From assembly GCA_001643675.2 (NCBI GenBank), contig LSRY02000001.1, positions 1,922,001 to 1,986,000 on the forward strand: a stretch of DNA of 64,000 nt, given 5' to 3'. The stretch comes from Monocercomonoides exilis PA203 (lineage: Eukaryota; Protista; Preaxostyla). The position numbers and the translations under genes were made by a program. The notes under the pieces were generated by a model. It ran no database searches and was not told where the DNA came from. It saw nothing but the letters and a program-made list of their open reading frames with translations. Of the stretch, positions 48,947-61,100 are shown piece by piece; position 1 is the first letter of the stretch; each line of letters begins with the position of its first letter.

Positions 48947-50636
48947 GGAAGAAGAAGAATTAGCAGAAGAATTCTTCAAGGGCCTAATTAGAACAGGAAC
49001 GCCAGCATTATTTAGAGAGTAAAGAGAAGAAGAAGAAGAAGAAGAAGAAGATGATGATGTGGAGGTGTTGTGGATAGCAGCAATGCTTGCGGTTGTTCCG
49101 GCATTGAAAAACACATCACGTGAGGTTTCTTGCATTAGTTGCTCGATTTCCTGTGAAAATAAAAAATGAAAAAATATTAATGAAAAAAATTAAATAAATA
49201 AATAAAAAATTATCAAATAATTTTATTTGTTTAATTAGAACAAGTAAATAAATACATAAACAATTACATTGGTTCAAAAAAAAAAAGACATAGAAGGAAT
49301 ATGAATGAATTAGTGAAAGAAAGAAAAGAAAGAAAAGAAAGAAAAGGAAAAAAAAATAGGAAAAATAAAAAGAAAGAAAATATATAAAAAGAAAATATTA
49401 AAAAAAAAATAATCCATGTTTAAATATAATGTCACACCGTAAACATGTTCTGGAAAGCCGACACAGCAGCTTTCTTATTATTTCCATCTTCCTCCTCTTC
49501 CTCCTCTTTCTCTTCTTTCTTCTCTTTCTTCTCTTTCTTCTCTTTCTTCTCTTTCTTCTCTTCCTTCTCTTCCTTCTCAAACTGCTGCAAAAGCAATGGA
49601 ATGCAGTTATTTCTCGCTAATTGTGATGCTTTTTTCCCGCTTTTTTGGTCAGACGAATGGCCATCAAAGACACAAACAGCTGCTTCTATTGGCTGCATTC
49701 CTGTGGAGCAGATACCGATTGAGTCGTCCTGAAGAGAAAAAAAAAAAAAAAATTATTTTTTTTTTTGTTATAAGAAGAGGGGAGAGGAAGGAGAAGGGGA
49801 AGAAAGGGAAATAAAATTAAAAATAGATATTTAACGTTTTATTTTGAATATTATAATAAAAACATATTTCAATAAAGAAATTTGACAAAGTTTAACAAAA
49901 AGATAAAATGGCATAAAAAATTACAAAAATAGATCTTAACCTCCATATTTATTTTGTTCCTATCGCTTGCCACAGACACCGTAGGAACCAGAATAACTGA
50001 TCCATCCCAAAACAAACTGCCCTGCTCTTCATTCGCCTCCCCCTTTCGATTTTCGCTTCCTTTCGCTCTTTCTTTCATTTTGACACGTATGTCAACTCCT
50101 GCTTTCATCTCAGCCATCCGCCGCGATTCTCTATTGATAACAATCGAAAGCATTTCATATTCCTTTTTTATCATTTCAATCTCTTCTTTCATCATTGAAG
50201 CTTTTCCTTTTTCTTTCAACAACAAAGGTGGGTAAGCGCGGTCCAACTTGCTATCCAATTTGAACATTCCTTTTTCTTGCTTTGCTGTTAATATTTGCTT
50301 TTGGGGTGAACCTTTTGCATTTAGTGTTGAACCTTTGATATTCTTGGAAGAGCTTGTCACATTTTGAGGCGAACTTTTTGCTTTTTTTGTTTCAAGTTTT
50401 GCTTTTTCACTTATCGCTTGCTTTCCTTTTGGAGGTTCAGTATTTTCACGCCCAAAACAATAATAAGATAATCTCGAAATGTCACCGTAAATTCTGTCTT
50501 TTTGAGCTGAAAACAAAAAATGATTAAATTGCAAAATTATTTTTGCAAACGTGGCTTAGCTTGTTCTTCGAGCTGCAGAGAAATAAATGTCTTTCGAGAT
50601 TGGGGTGTAAGCTTGTCTGGTGTCTTTTTGATTGGA
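44997..50636 (-). CDS. PP2C/PPM-family protein phosphatase with long poly-Ser and Glu/Lys inserts; exons include 50506-49941, 49728-49438, 49150-48594, 48352-48213, 48069-47633, 47372-46475, 46273-44997
   Basis: After splicing, the PPM motifs appear in order: RNKINMEDD, VFDGH, GTTA, ANVGDS, H...EKQR, GLHITRSLGD, ATDGLWD, DNISV. 5' end unresolved. Confidence 0.88.
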
Positions 50637-51291
50637 CTGAATGAAGAAATTTATAATTGTGTGTTAAAATCTAGAATAAAGAAAAGAGTTGCATAATACC
50701 TTTTCTCGTACTATAAATCAATATAAAAGAATACGATAATAGTCAAAAAATGATCCAATCATTGAAATGAACATCGAAATTTTTTGAAATATTATTAATG
50801 CTTGTTATAAGTTTTCAAAGAAAAGATAAACATTTTTAGTCCTTGAGTCTTGAGTTCCGTTTAAAGAGGAATTAAGAGACTGGTTGCTACTCATCGAATT
50901 GCTTATATTATCAAATAGAAAGCAAATTATTAATGATCGCAACCCTTAACAGCTTGTGATGAAATTTAATTTAAAACATCTTTTAAAAATGACTCATAAA
51001 AAGTGAATAGAAAAGATTAAAAATGCTTTTGAGAAAGAGTAAGTGGGTGACATGAAAAGATAAAAGCAAGAGAAAGCTGTTAAGAAAAAAACTGGGATGT
51101 GAGAAATAAATGAACAATACTTTTATCCATTAGAGTATGAATCTAAAAGAATATAAACTCTTCACAAGAACAAATAAAAATTAAAATGCAAATGAAACAT
51201 AAAAAATGTACTGTTTTCGTTGTTCATTTTTATTTTTATTTTATTTTTATTAATTTTTTAATATTTTATTTTTTTAAAACTTACCAAAATA

Positions 51292-52564
51292 TTAGACCTT
51301 CATCTTCTCCAGATCCACAATATACTTTTCAGGAATATTTTCCTGTCTCAACTCAGCCAGTTTCTTTGCCTTCAATCGCTCTAATCTTTGTTTTCTCTCT
51401 GCTTCTGCACGGCGCAGTGTTTCTCCTTCTCTCAGCTCAGCGTCTCTTTTGTCACGTGCTTCTTGACGCCGGGCTTCGATTTGCTCCTGTTTATGTGGAA
51501 GAGAAAGAAGAGAAGAGAGAGAAGAGAAGGAAGAAGAGGAAAAGAGAAGGAAAAAAGAAAAAGGAAGAAAAAGGAAGAAAAAAGAGAAAGAAAGAAAGAG
51601 AAGAAGAAGAAGAAGAGAGAAAGAGGAATGGAAATAGAAAGAGAAGGAAGAAGAAGAACGATGGAAAGAAGGAAAGAGAAAGAAGGAAAATGAAAGAGAA
51701 GAAAGAGAAAGAGAGAAAGAGAGAAAGAGAGAAAGAGAGAAAGAGAGAAAGAGAGAAAGAGAGAAAGAGAAAGAGATAGAGATAGAGAGAGCAAGAGAAA
51801 GAGATGAATGGGAAGGAAAAGTGAAGAAAGAGAAAGAGAAAGGTTAAATAAATAAATAAATAAAGAGAATTTTGAATAAATAAGAATTATAAAATTGTTG
51901 TCTCTTTGCTAAAAAATACTTAACTTTCTCACAATTAGCATTTTTTTCTCAAAAATTTTTGAGAGAATAAAAAATTTCACTCAAAATTCATTTTTTCCCT
52001 CTTCCTCCCCCTCTCCCTCTCTTCTCCTCTTTTCCTCTTCCTCTCCTCCTCTCCTCCTCTCCTCCTCTCCTCCCCTTCTCCTCTTCTCCTTCTCCACACC
52101 TTCAATCCGCTCAGATGCTCCTGTGACTTAAACGCCCTTGTCCTGATCATCGTCCTCTCCTTCTCGCTCTCTGCTTTTTCGACCTCCAAATTCCGCTCAA
52201 ATTCTTCTCTTTCTCTTTTTTCTGCGTCTTCCAGCAGTATCTTCTTCGCCATCACCTGCAAATCGCGCGCTTCTTTCGTCTCTCGCTCCATTCGCGCCCG
52301 TTTCTCCGCTTCTTCCTGTAAAAAGAAAAAGAAAAAGAAAAAGAAAAAGAAAAAGAAAAAGAAAAAGAAAAAGAAAAAAAGAAAAAAGAAAAAATAAATA
52401 AATAAAAGAAAGAAAGAAAAAACAATATATTAACGTTGTTATGTAATAATAATAATTATTCTTCGAATCTAAAATATATATAGAAATAAATAAATATCTT
52501 CACAAATATCAACCCATCTTTCTCTTCTCTTTTTTATTCACCCCTTCTTCTTCTTCTCTCTCTC

Positions 52565-52606
<42 letters not shown>

Positions 52607-52813
52607 CCCTTCTCCCTCCTCCAACACACTTTCTGCTTCTTCCTCCATGCCCTTTCCTCAGCCTCAGTTGCCCTCTTCGCATTCAGCTGGTCTTTGATGG
52701 CCTGCTCGTCGATCATCTTCTCCTGCATCGCCCTCAACCTGGCTGTCTCTAACTCCCTTTCTTTCTTCTTCCTCAGCTGCTCGGCCTCGTATGCTGCTTC
52801 TCGCTCCTGAAAT

Positions 52814-52847
<34 letters not shown>

Positions 52848-53011
52848 AAGAGAAAGAGAGAGAGAAAAAGAGGAAGAGAAAGAGGAAGAGAAGAGAAATA
52901 AAAATATTAAAAAAAAAAAAAAAGAAAATTATAAAGAAAGATGAGACAAAAGAGATATAAAAGAGAGATAGATAAATAAAAATAAATAAAGAAAGAAAGG
53001 AAATATTAAAA

Positions 53012-53090
<79 letters not shown>

Positions 53091-54323
53091 TAAGAGAAAA
53101 TCACAATAATTCTATAATTATTTTTCTTTTTCTTCTTTTTCTTCTTTTTCTTCTTTTTCTTCTTTTTCTTCTTTTTCTTCTTTTTCTTCTTTTTCTTCTT
53201 TTTCTTCTTTTTCTTTTCTATATTTATAAACAAACCGCTTTTGCTTTTTGATATTCAACAACTTTCAAATCTTCCAAGTGATCCAACTCAATTTGCCGTT
53301 TTTTCGTCTCCTGGAATCGGATGTTCTCCTTCACAATCTCTTCTTGAAGCGCTCTAATAACACACATCACACGAAGTATTGTTGAAATGCAATATATATA
53401 TATATATAAATATATTCATTTCATTAAATCATATAATTCCCAGTTAAAACAATATAAAAATGAATTCCTATTAAAAAAAAATAATTACAATGAAATTAAT
53501 AACCTGCTCTTTGCTGCTTTTATTTTTTGCTGCTCTATCTCTTCTTGTCTTTGCCGCTCCATATCCCTAAGTCTGGCTTCTCCTTCCCTTTCAATTTCAT
53601 CTCTTTGCCTTTCTTTCTCCATTTTTCTTTCCTGGATTTGTTGTACAACAACTTTTGCTCCTTCTCTTCTTTCAATAGCCTTTGCTCTCTCTTCTGCTTC
53701 TCTTTTTTCCAATTCTCGAACTCGCTCTTCTTCCATCAAGCGCGCCCAAGCCATCTCCTCTTCTCTTTCTTTTTGTTTTGCCATGCGTTTTTCTTCCCGT
53801 TGTTTATCTCTAACTCCAACAGTACGAGCATATTGCATCAAACTATCCATATATTTTGCTTCGTCAAGTTCTTCATCTTTCTGCTCTTCAGCAGCTGCAA
53901 CAAGTTGATCATGCTCAATTTTGTGCAGAGCATCAATGTCTGAAAGCTCAGTTTTGCTTTGTCGTTCCTTTTCCCTATCAAGTATTAATTGCTTTCTTCG
54001 TTGGGACGCGAGCATCTGTTGCTGTGTTGCTTGAAGTTTAAATTGTCTAGTTTTTTCCTTTTCTTCAGCATCTAACCCGGCAAGACCCTAATAAATAATA
54101 TGAAAAAGAAGAACACTATTAAGAAAATGAAGATAATTTGTGCAACCTTCATTCTCGCTAATTCTGCTCTTGTAAGAACAACAACCTTTCCATCATTTTT
54201 TATACCTCCCGAAAAACGAGTGCCCGTTCGTGAAGTCGACTGAAGGAGGAAGAGAAAGCAATTTTGAAATTTAAAAAAATATGCACGAAAACTCATATCC
54301 CGTATTACAATAAAACAAACCAT
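51292..54323 (-). CDS. CFAP45: Cilia- and flagella-associated protein 45 (TPH domain); exons 54323-54321, 54239-54147, 54087-53504, 53353-53236, 52806-52630, 52315-52100, 51486-51292 (~461 aa)
   Basis: Coiled coil with EELDEAKYMDSLMQYARTVGVRDKQREEK, LRAMQEKMIDEQAIKDQLNAKRATEAEERAWR and C-terminal IPEKYIVDL. Introns are phase-consistent. Confidence 0.8.
53015..53215. repeat. Intronic (ATA)n and (CTTTTTCTT)n microsatellites
   Basis: Read directly from the sequence. Confidence 0.9.
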
Positions 54324-54847
54324 CAAGAATTAAAAACGTTTAACTCTTCAGAAATATGGGTCAATAAATCAATTATTATTTGACAACGTGAGTTTAATGA
54401 AAAAATTTGGAAAAGAAGACAAACTAATATTACACAAGTGTGAAGTGATTATTATATAAACGTGTTCATTAAATCCGATGTTCGCTTTTTGAATAGATTG
54501 AAAAAAAAGTTAAAAAAAATTCAAAAAAAATATTTCAACGTACAAAGAAAAATCTTGTATCGAAACTTATTTTATTTTTGCATTTCAAATTTATAAAAAT
54601 TATTAACATTTTTATCAAAATGAAAATGTCGAATAGGAATGCATTTTTTTCGAGTTTGCATAATGAATGGTGAATATGCCTAAAAAAAGATAAAACAGAA
54701 ATTACATGGGGAAAAAAGATTCATATGTCTTTTCGAAGAGTTGTAAATTTCCTAATGAAAAGATATTTATTTAAATGAAATAAAATATATTGCATTTCAT
54801 AATTTTCCTCATTCATAAAGCATCAAGTCAGAATATACGCAAAAGTG

Positions 54848-56289
54848 TCACATAAACCTTCTCTTGAAAAGATGAAATACTTCACGAAAACTTGTGACTG
54901 CATCTTCATATCCTTCTTCTTCCATCTTTTCAAACATTTTTCTTTTCAACAGTTTTCTTTTCACTTCGTCCATTTCATCATCCTCTTCTTCTTTCCTTTT
55001 GTCTTCCTTTTTTTCTTCCAATCTTACTGAAATATTAATAAAGAACTCAAAACAAGAAAATTTTACCACGTTATTCAATGATTGATTCTGGATCACCTCC
55101 AAAACAGCATCAACAGCCCCTCCTTTCAGCAAGCAATTAACTTCCACAGATCTGCTTCTAACTGCTCTTTTAAATAAAAAGATACATTGATTGCTGATTT
55201 CTCTGCGATTATCCTTTGCTAATTGAAACACCTGCACAACGCTTTCGATCAGTCCGGAACATTCATCATTCCACAACTTGCACGAATCAAAGAAAGTGTC
55301 CAATGTTAAGAACCATTTCAACAAAACAAGCTCTTCTTTCGTTTCTTTTTCTTTTTTCTCATATTGAACTGTCCAATCCATAAATTTTGAAAGCTCTACC
55401 AATTCTCTTTTAACTTCCCTCGCAAAATGCAGCTCATTCACAATAACAACTTCTAATTCTTTTCCACTTTCCAATCTGTTGATCAAAAACTGCCAAGCAG
55501 ACTGAAATCCAAGTCGTGTTAGGTTGCAATGTTCCTGATGATGTTTGATGATCTCTAAAATTTCATTCAAATACAACCCTTGTTCCATTTCCTTATAAGA
55601 AATAACAAAAGTTTCAATAAATGGTCGGAAAACAATTCAAGAAATCAATAAACAAAACCTTATACTGCCCAATGTTGCTCAACGCAAGCAAAGCCATTTC
55701 CACATCCTCTTCAGCTTCCTCATTTTCCTCTTTGTTCGACACAAATCTCAGAAGACAAGGAACACAGATTGATAACAATTGGGGTGAAAAATATATGCAA
55801 AGAAAAAGATAGCATTCACAAAGATCAATCAGAAGCTTTTCATTTATTTTTTCTTTTTTCTGTTCTTCAACAATCATCTTCTCAAATCTTTCGTTCAAAG
55901 AAGATTCTGCAAAGATCCAAATATGCATAAATTTCAGCACAACGCAATATCCAACATGTTTCAGCATCAAGATTGTATTTCCCATTGAAAGTTTCACATC
56001 TTCAATCATAATTTTTATTCTATCAAACAGTTCTCTTGCGAAAACATAATAAAATTCTCCTTTGTCCATTTCCTCTATCAATTCATTCAATTTAAGGATT
56101 TTCTGTTTCTGTTCTTCTTCATTGTAATCTTCAAGTTCGTCAAACAATTCTTTAAAAATTTTGAAAAGATCATTATTTGCAAGAATTCATATGCAACTGC
56201 TATTGCACACCATTGAACTTTTTTGTGTTGTCTGTCTCCTGTATTTTTTTACAAAATATGACATCCAGAAAACAACATTCAAAAGCCAT
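54848..56289 (-). CDS. Paralog 4 of the helical-protein family; exons 56289-56211, 56149-55659, 55591-54848 (~437 aa)
   Basis: Same motifs and intron positions as paralog 1; introns 56150-56210 and 55592-55658 keep the frame. Confidence 0.8.
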
Positions 56290-57388
56290 TAAAATTGAAT
56301 TTGAATATGATTGAATTGAAGAAATCAGAGCAAAACATGAACTCAAAGCAACATGAGAACATCAGCTTTCACACCATATATCTTTGCACTTGCATTTTAA
56401 AGAAAATATTACAAGAAAAAAAAAGTTTAATCTTTTCAAGTTTGTCATAATGGATGTTGAGATCATCACATTTGAATGATCAAAAATATTCCTTTTTGAA
56501 GTGAGAATCGGTAAGACAATATTTTCGGTATTATGGAACTTAATGGTATTCACTTTAACAGATTTGAAACATAAAGCAATGTTTTTATTTGTCATTTCAT
56601 TGTTTCATGTTCATATGTCATTGTGCGGAAACGTTTTCTCATGAAGTTGAAATCATTAGAAAAATAAATATTATCAAATTGTAAATGGGATTAAACCAAA
56701 AAATAATTATTGCCAAAGATGCATAAAACAGATATGTAATGGTGCTTCAGATGAAAAAGCGTTTTAAATGATTATGAGGGTTATTGAGGTGATGGAGATT
56801 GTGAAAAGTTCATCAGTATATTTTATAAATATGATATTAGAATTACATCAAAATTGATATTGTTTATTTTTCATATTTTTTTTTGTTAAAAACAGATTTC
56901 TTCAAACATTTATCACATTGTTCGTTCTTTCTACGTCACTCACAATTAGAATTCTTTCATTCAGAGAATATTAATCAAACAATATATTATCTTTTGAATG
57001 AGTATCAAAAATGGACAATTGATGAGATTTTTTGCTTCGACAAAGCATCGAGATTATTCATTCAATATATATTCCTTTTCAAAAGAAAAATATTCATAAT
57101 TATTTTTCTTTCAATTTTCCAATATTATTTCATTTGAAACCCATAAAAATATGAAGTGGGAAAACACTGCATAAAGACATTAGAAGGGAAGAAAAAAAGA
57201 AGAATGTTTAAATTAATTTTTTCCATAAAAATATTAATGAACATGTAATTAATAAAGATACATACAAATACATGCAAACGAATATACAATTATTATCTTC
57301 CTTTCTCATTTGTGATTGGTGCGATCTATCATTTGTATCATACAGATAAAAAACGAATCTGTTTCTTTTCACAAATCCATCGAACAAT

Positions 57389-57666
57389 TCATCCTCTATT
57401 TGCATTTTCTCCCATTTTTGATGCTGTTGTTACTGTTGCTGTTGAAGTCGTTGCAGAAGTTGAAGAAGTGATGGTTGTATTTGTTGTTGTTATTAATTGA
57501 ATGATTGTCCCTTCCTTTTCACCATCTGACTCACTTTCTGAGCTCTCAGCATATGCAATTGCATCTGAGGCTGTCATCACAATTGCATTCTCTGGAAAGT
57601 GCGAAAACAACTCCTTCTTTATCTCAAACTGCCACATCCTCCTGCTCGCATTCTCTTCCCAGCAGC
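57389..57666 (-). pseudogene. Orphan C-terminal fragment of a receptor pseudokinase
   Basis: CWEENASRRMWQFEIKKELFSHFPENAIVMTASDAI aligns without gaps to CLSAQPEDRLSLAGLKREFIQRFPAGAAILTMSDAI, then has its own Thr-rich tail and TGA. Confidence 0.8.
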
Positions 57667-58117
57667 TTCCAACAAATAAAAAGCTCATTTGTGAAAAACA
57701 AAAAAAGAATAACATTTGTGAAAAAATGGACAAACAACACAAATCGAAGTCTCTCATAATCCAAACAGAATGTGAAATCACAATACATGTTCCAAAAAGA
57801 AAAGATTGAACTGAAAGTTCGAAATAGAGATAAAATAAAAAATGAGTTTGTGTTCAGGATGTGAACTGAAACAACATGAGAAATACATACATAGCGAATA
57901 AATACAAATACATAAACACAACATATGACAAGCAGACCAATTCTGCTTTTGAAGCAATTAATGTTTGAAATTGATCCAAACATAACAATTCATGGAAACA
58001 AAAAGAAGAAGACAAACAAGTCGAATTGCTGAATAGAGTCAAAATAAAAAAACACCATTATTCACATATTTGTGAAATAAAAGCATATCCAAAGCATGTC
58101 AATCATCAACTCCACAT

Positions 58118-61100
58118 TCACTTTTCAGTCAGCAAAGTTCCTGTGATATCTGAAGAATTCGCACTTGTGCTTTGCTCCCCATCTTCTGTTCTCTCCTCCA
58201 GATCAATCGCATCTGACATCGTCAGAATTGCTGCTCCTGCAGGAAACCGCTGGATGAACTCTCGCTTCAGCCCTGCCAAGCTCAGTCTGTCTTCTGGCTG
58301 AGCAGACAGGCAAGCTCGGATGATTTCAAAGAAATTCGATTCCTTCACAGCTGACATGTTTGGTCGTTCGTGATTCACTATCTTCTGCCCTGCCACCTCT
58401 GCTTCATACTCCCCAAACGGAATCTCCAGTGTCAGACATTCCCACAGCATCATCCCAATCGAGAATGCCACAGATTCCTTTGTCGCTCCCATCTTCTTGT
58501 TCATCTTCAGCTCTGGTGCTTTCCACCTCAGACATTCTTTTCTTATATCGTCGTCGTCTTCAAAGGCAGATGAAGGAGGTGGAGAGTCTTCGCTATCATC
58601 ACTGGCAGATGTCACAACAGTCGACGAAGAGATCGATGATGAGTCAGAATCATCATCAGAAGAGAAGTCAGAGTGCATCACAATGCAGATGACCATATGT
58701 TCTGAGAACAGCACAATGTGCGGACTCAGACTGCCCAGCGATTGCAGTGGATTCTCCATCTCGTCAAACGAGTGAAGTGCAAGATTTGCCACCCAGAACA
58801 GGATCTGCGCAGCTGTTTGCTCCCTCTCCTGAAGAGTGCCTATCGCCATCTCTTTTGTCTTGTTCTTTCCATGCAACAGCATGAACAGTGAATCTCTCAA
58901 ATCCACAATAAGCTTCTCATGTGGAGATGAACAGGCCATTGCATCCACAAGATTCGACATCGATGAAGTGGTTGGACACAGATCCTCCCCACGAACAAAT
59001 GTCGAATCAGAATCTGTTGTCGAAGTGGTGGAAGTGGATGGTGATGGAGTTCTCTTTCTCACCTCTTCCTCATCTTCAACCTTCTCCAGTGCCCATTCAG
59101 GGATCTTGTCTGAGTCTCTCCCAAAAATATATTCAGTCGATCCACTCTCACTCAGCAAATGCTCAGATGATTCAGAATGTTCCAAGCTTTTCTCACACAT
59201 TCTCTTCTTGATCCTCTCATCGTTCTTTTTTTCTGCTTCTCTTTCAGCTCTCCTCCACTGCTCCTCAGGTGATGGCTCCATCGTCACCATCTCAATCAGT
59301 TTCGGATCCTTCCTCACTGTGTCTTCCACAATCACTTCCAATTCTTCTGTTCGTCTTTTTTGCTTTCTCCACCGAACAGCAAACAAAATAAATCCAAACA
59401 GTACAATCAAAAACAAAACAACAAATATGATAGCAATTATCACAGCCCATGATGATTTTCCTTCTTTCCTTCCATCAACAAGTTTTTCATTTCCACTTGA
59501 CTGACTTTCACTCATGTTCTTAACAATAAACGGCTCTGTTGATGAAGGAGATTCTGCATTCCCAAACAGAATGCACACACTCACTCCTGTCTCTTCTCTC
59601 ACTTTCTCCAATTCCGAAGATGAAATAAATGTGTGAATCTCATTCTCTGATACAAACCCTTCTTCTTCAATTTCCTTTCTCACAATTTCTTCTTCATCCC
59701 CATTTTTCATGCTCATCTTCACTGACAAATCACATGGCAGAAGCAGCTTTCCCAAAATTATTAGATCCAAATTCCCATTCAATTGAGTTGAATTCTTCAC
59801 CTCTTCTAAAATGGGGATGAAAAATGATGATCCTCTTTCTGATGCAATCCCTTTCAACTTGCATCCTTCGTCCAATATCCACAATGAAGAATTGTCCTTC
59901 CATCCATCTCCCCCTTTCACACTCACAACATTCAATTCTCCACTCCCTTCACAAATCACATTCCTTCGAGTTGATGGATATCCTTCAATCTCGGGGTTGT
60001 TGTTCTCAAACTTGCTGTTTTCAATCTTCATACCCCCTCCACTCACCCACAGCCCTCCTCCCTTGCTCTTCATAATGATTGTTTCCCTCATCTCCACTTT
60101 GCTTTTCTCAATATCAACCAATGACCCATTCCATTTGCACAATCCTTCTTTTATCTTGTTTCCTTCATTGATAATTTCATCTTCTTTTTTTCCATCAAAT
60201 ACACATATCTCAATCCTCACATCCTTTGACTGCCTGATCTGCATCATGATTCCCTTGTCAACTGAATTCACACATTTTCCAAACGAGCAGTTCAGCACAC
60301 TCACCTCTTGTTCAGCATCATCCATCCCAATCGCACACCCCTCCAACAGCACAGTCATATTTTCAATGACCATCTCTTTCATCGCCACTTTCGCTTTCCC
60401 TCCAACACTCACAATATCTCCCTCACATTTGATGTTCAAAATGCTTGTTTCATCAATTGTAACATTCGATTCTTCATGGAATGAAAGAATTGATCTTGTT
60501 GAATGAATATCTCTGAATGTTGTTTCCGATATCTTTAGCTCTCCACTTTCCACGCTCACAATTGAACTGTTCAACTGCAACTCAACTGCGGTTGAAGAGG
60601 AGAAGAATTCACATTTCTGTATCTCCATTGAACCATTCTTCACTTTCATGATGTGGCTGTGAGTTGACTCAAAGGAATATTCAAACTCGAATGAGCACCT
60701 CTCCACTGAACATTCATTTATAAACTCCATGATGTAATCCTTCTCAAATGATTTCTCAATCTTGGAGTTCAACCTCACAATTGCTTGTGTCTTTTTCAAT
60801 GAATTCACAACCAGATCTCCAATCACACACTCCTTCGTCACAAACCCTTCCCCATCAATCAGAATCGCATTCATTACACCTTGCTCAACGTGGTCAACCC
60901 CACAGTTGATACTGAGACATGGATTGCTTTGAGATCCACACCTTCTGCCATCAGTTCCTGTTGCGTTCACAAACACTTGAAGCCCATAAAAATAGGTGAT
61001 TAGCGGAATCAGATCAACATCTCCCTCACTCTCAACATCCCTCCCACAGATGGAGTTGTTTGAGTTCAATGACTCCTGCTTATAGTTCAGGGCAAACAGC

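Noticed and set aside
44909-53943. Numerous poly-Phe/Ser/Lys/Arg ORFs on both strands
   Set aside because: Alternative-frame or intronic translations of purine/pyrimidine microsatellites in the PP2C and CFAP45 genes.
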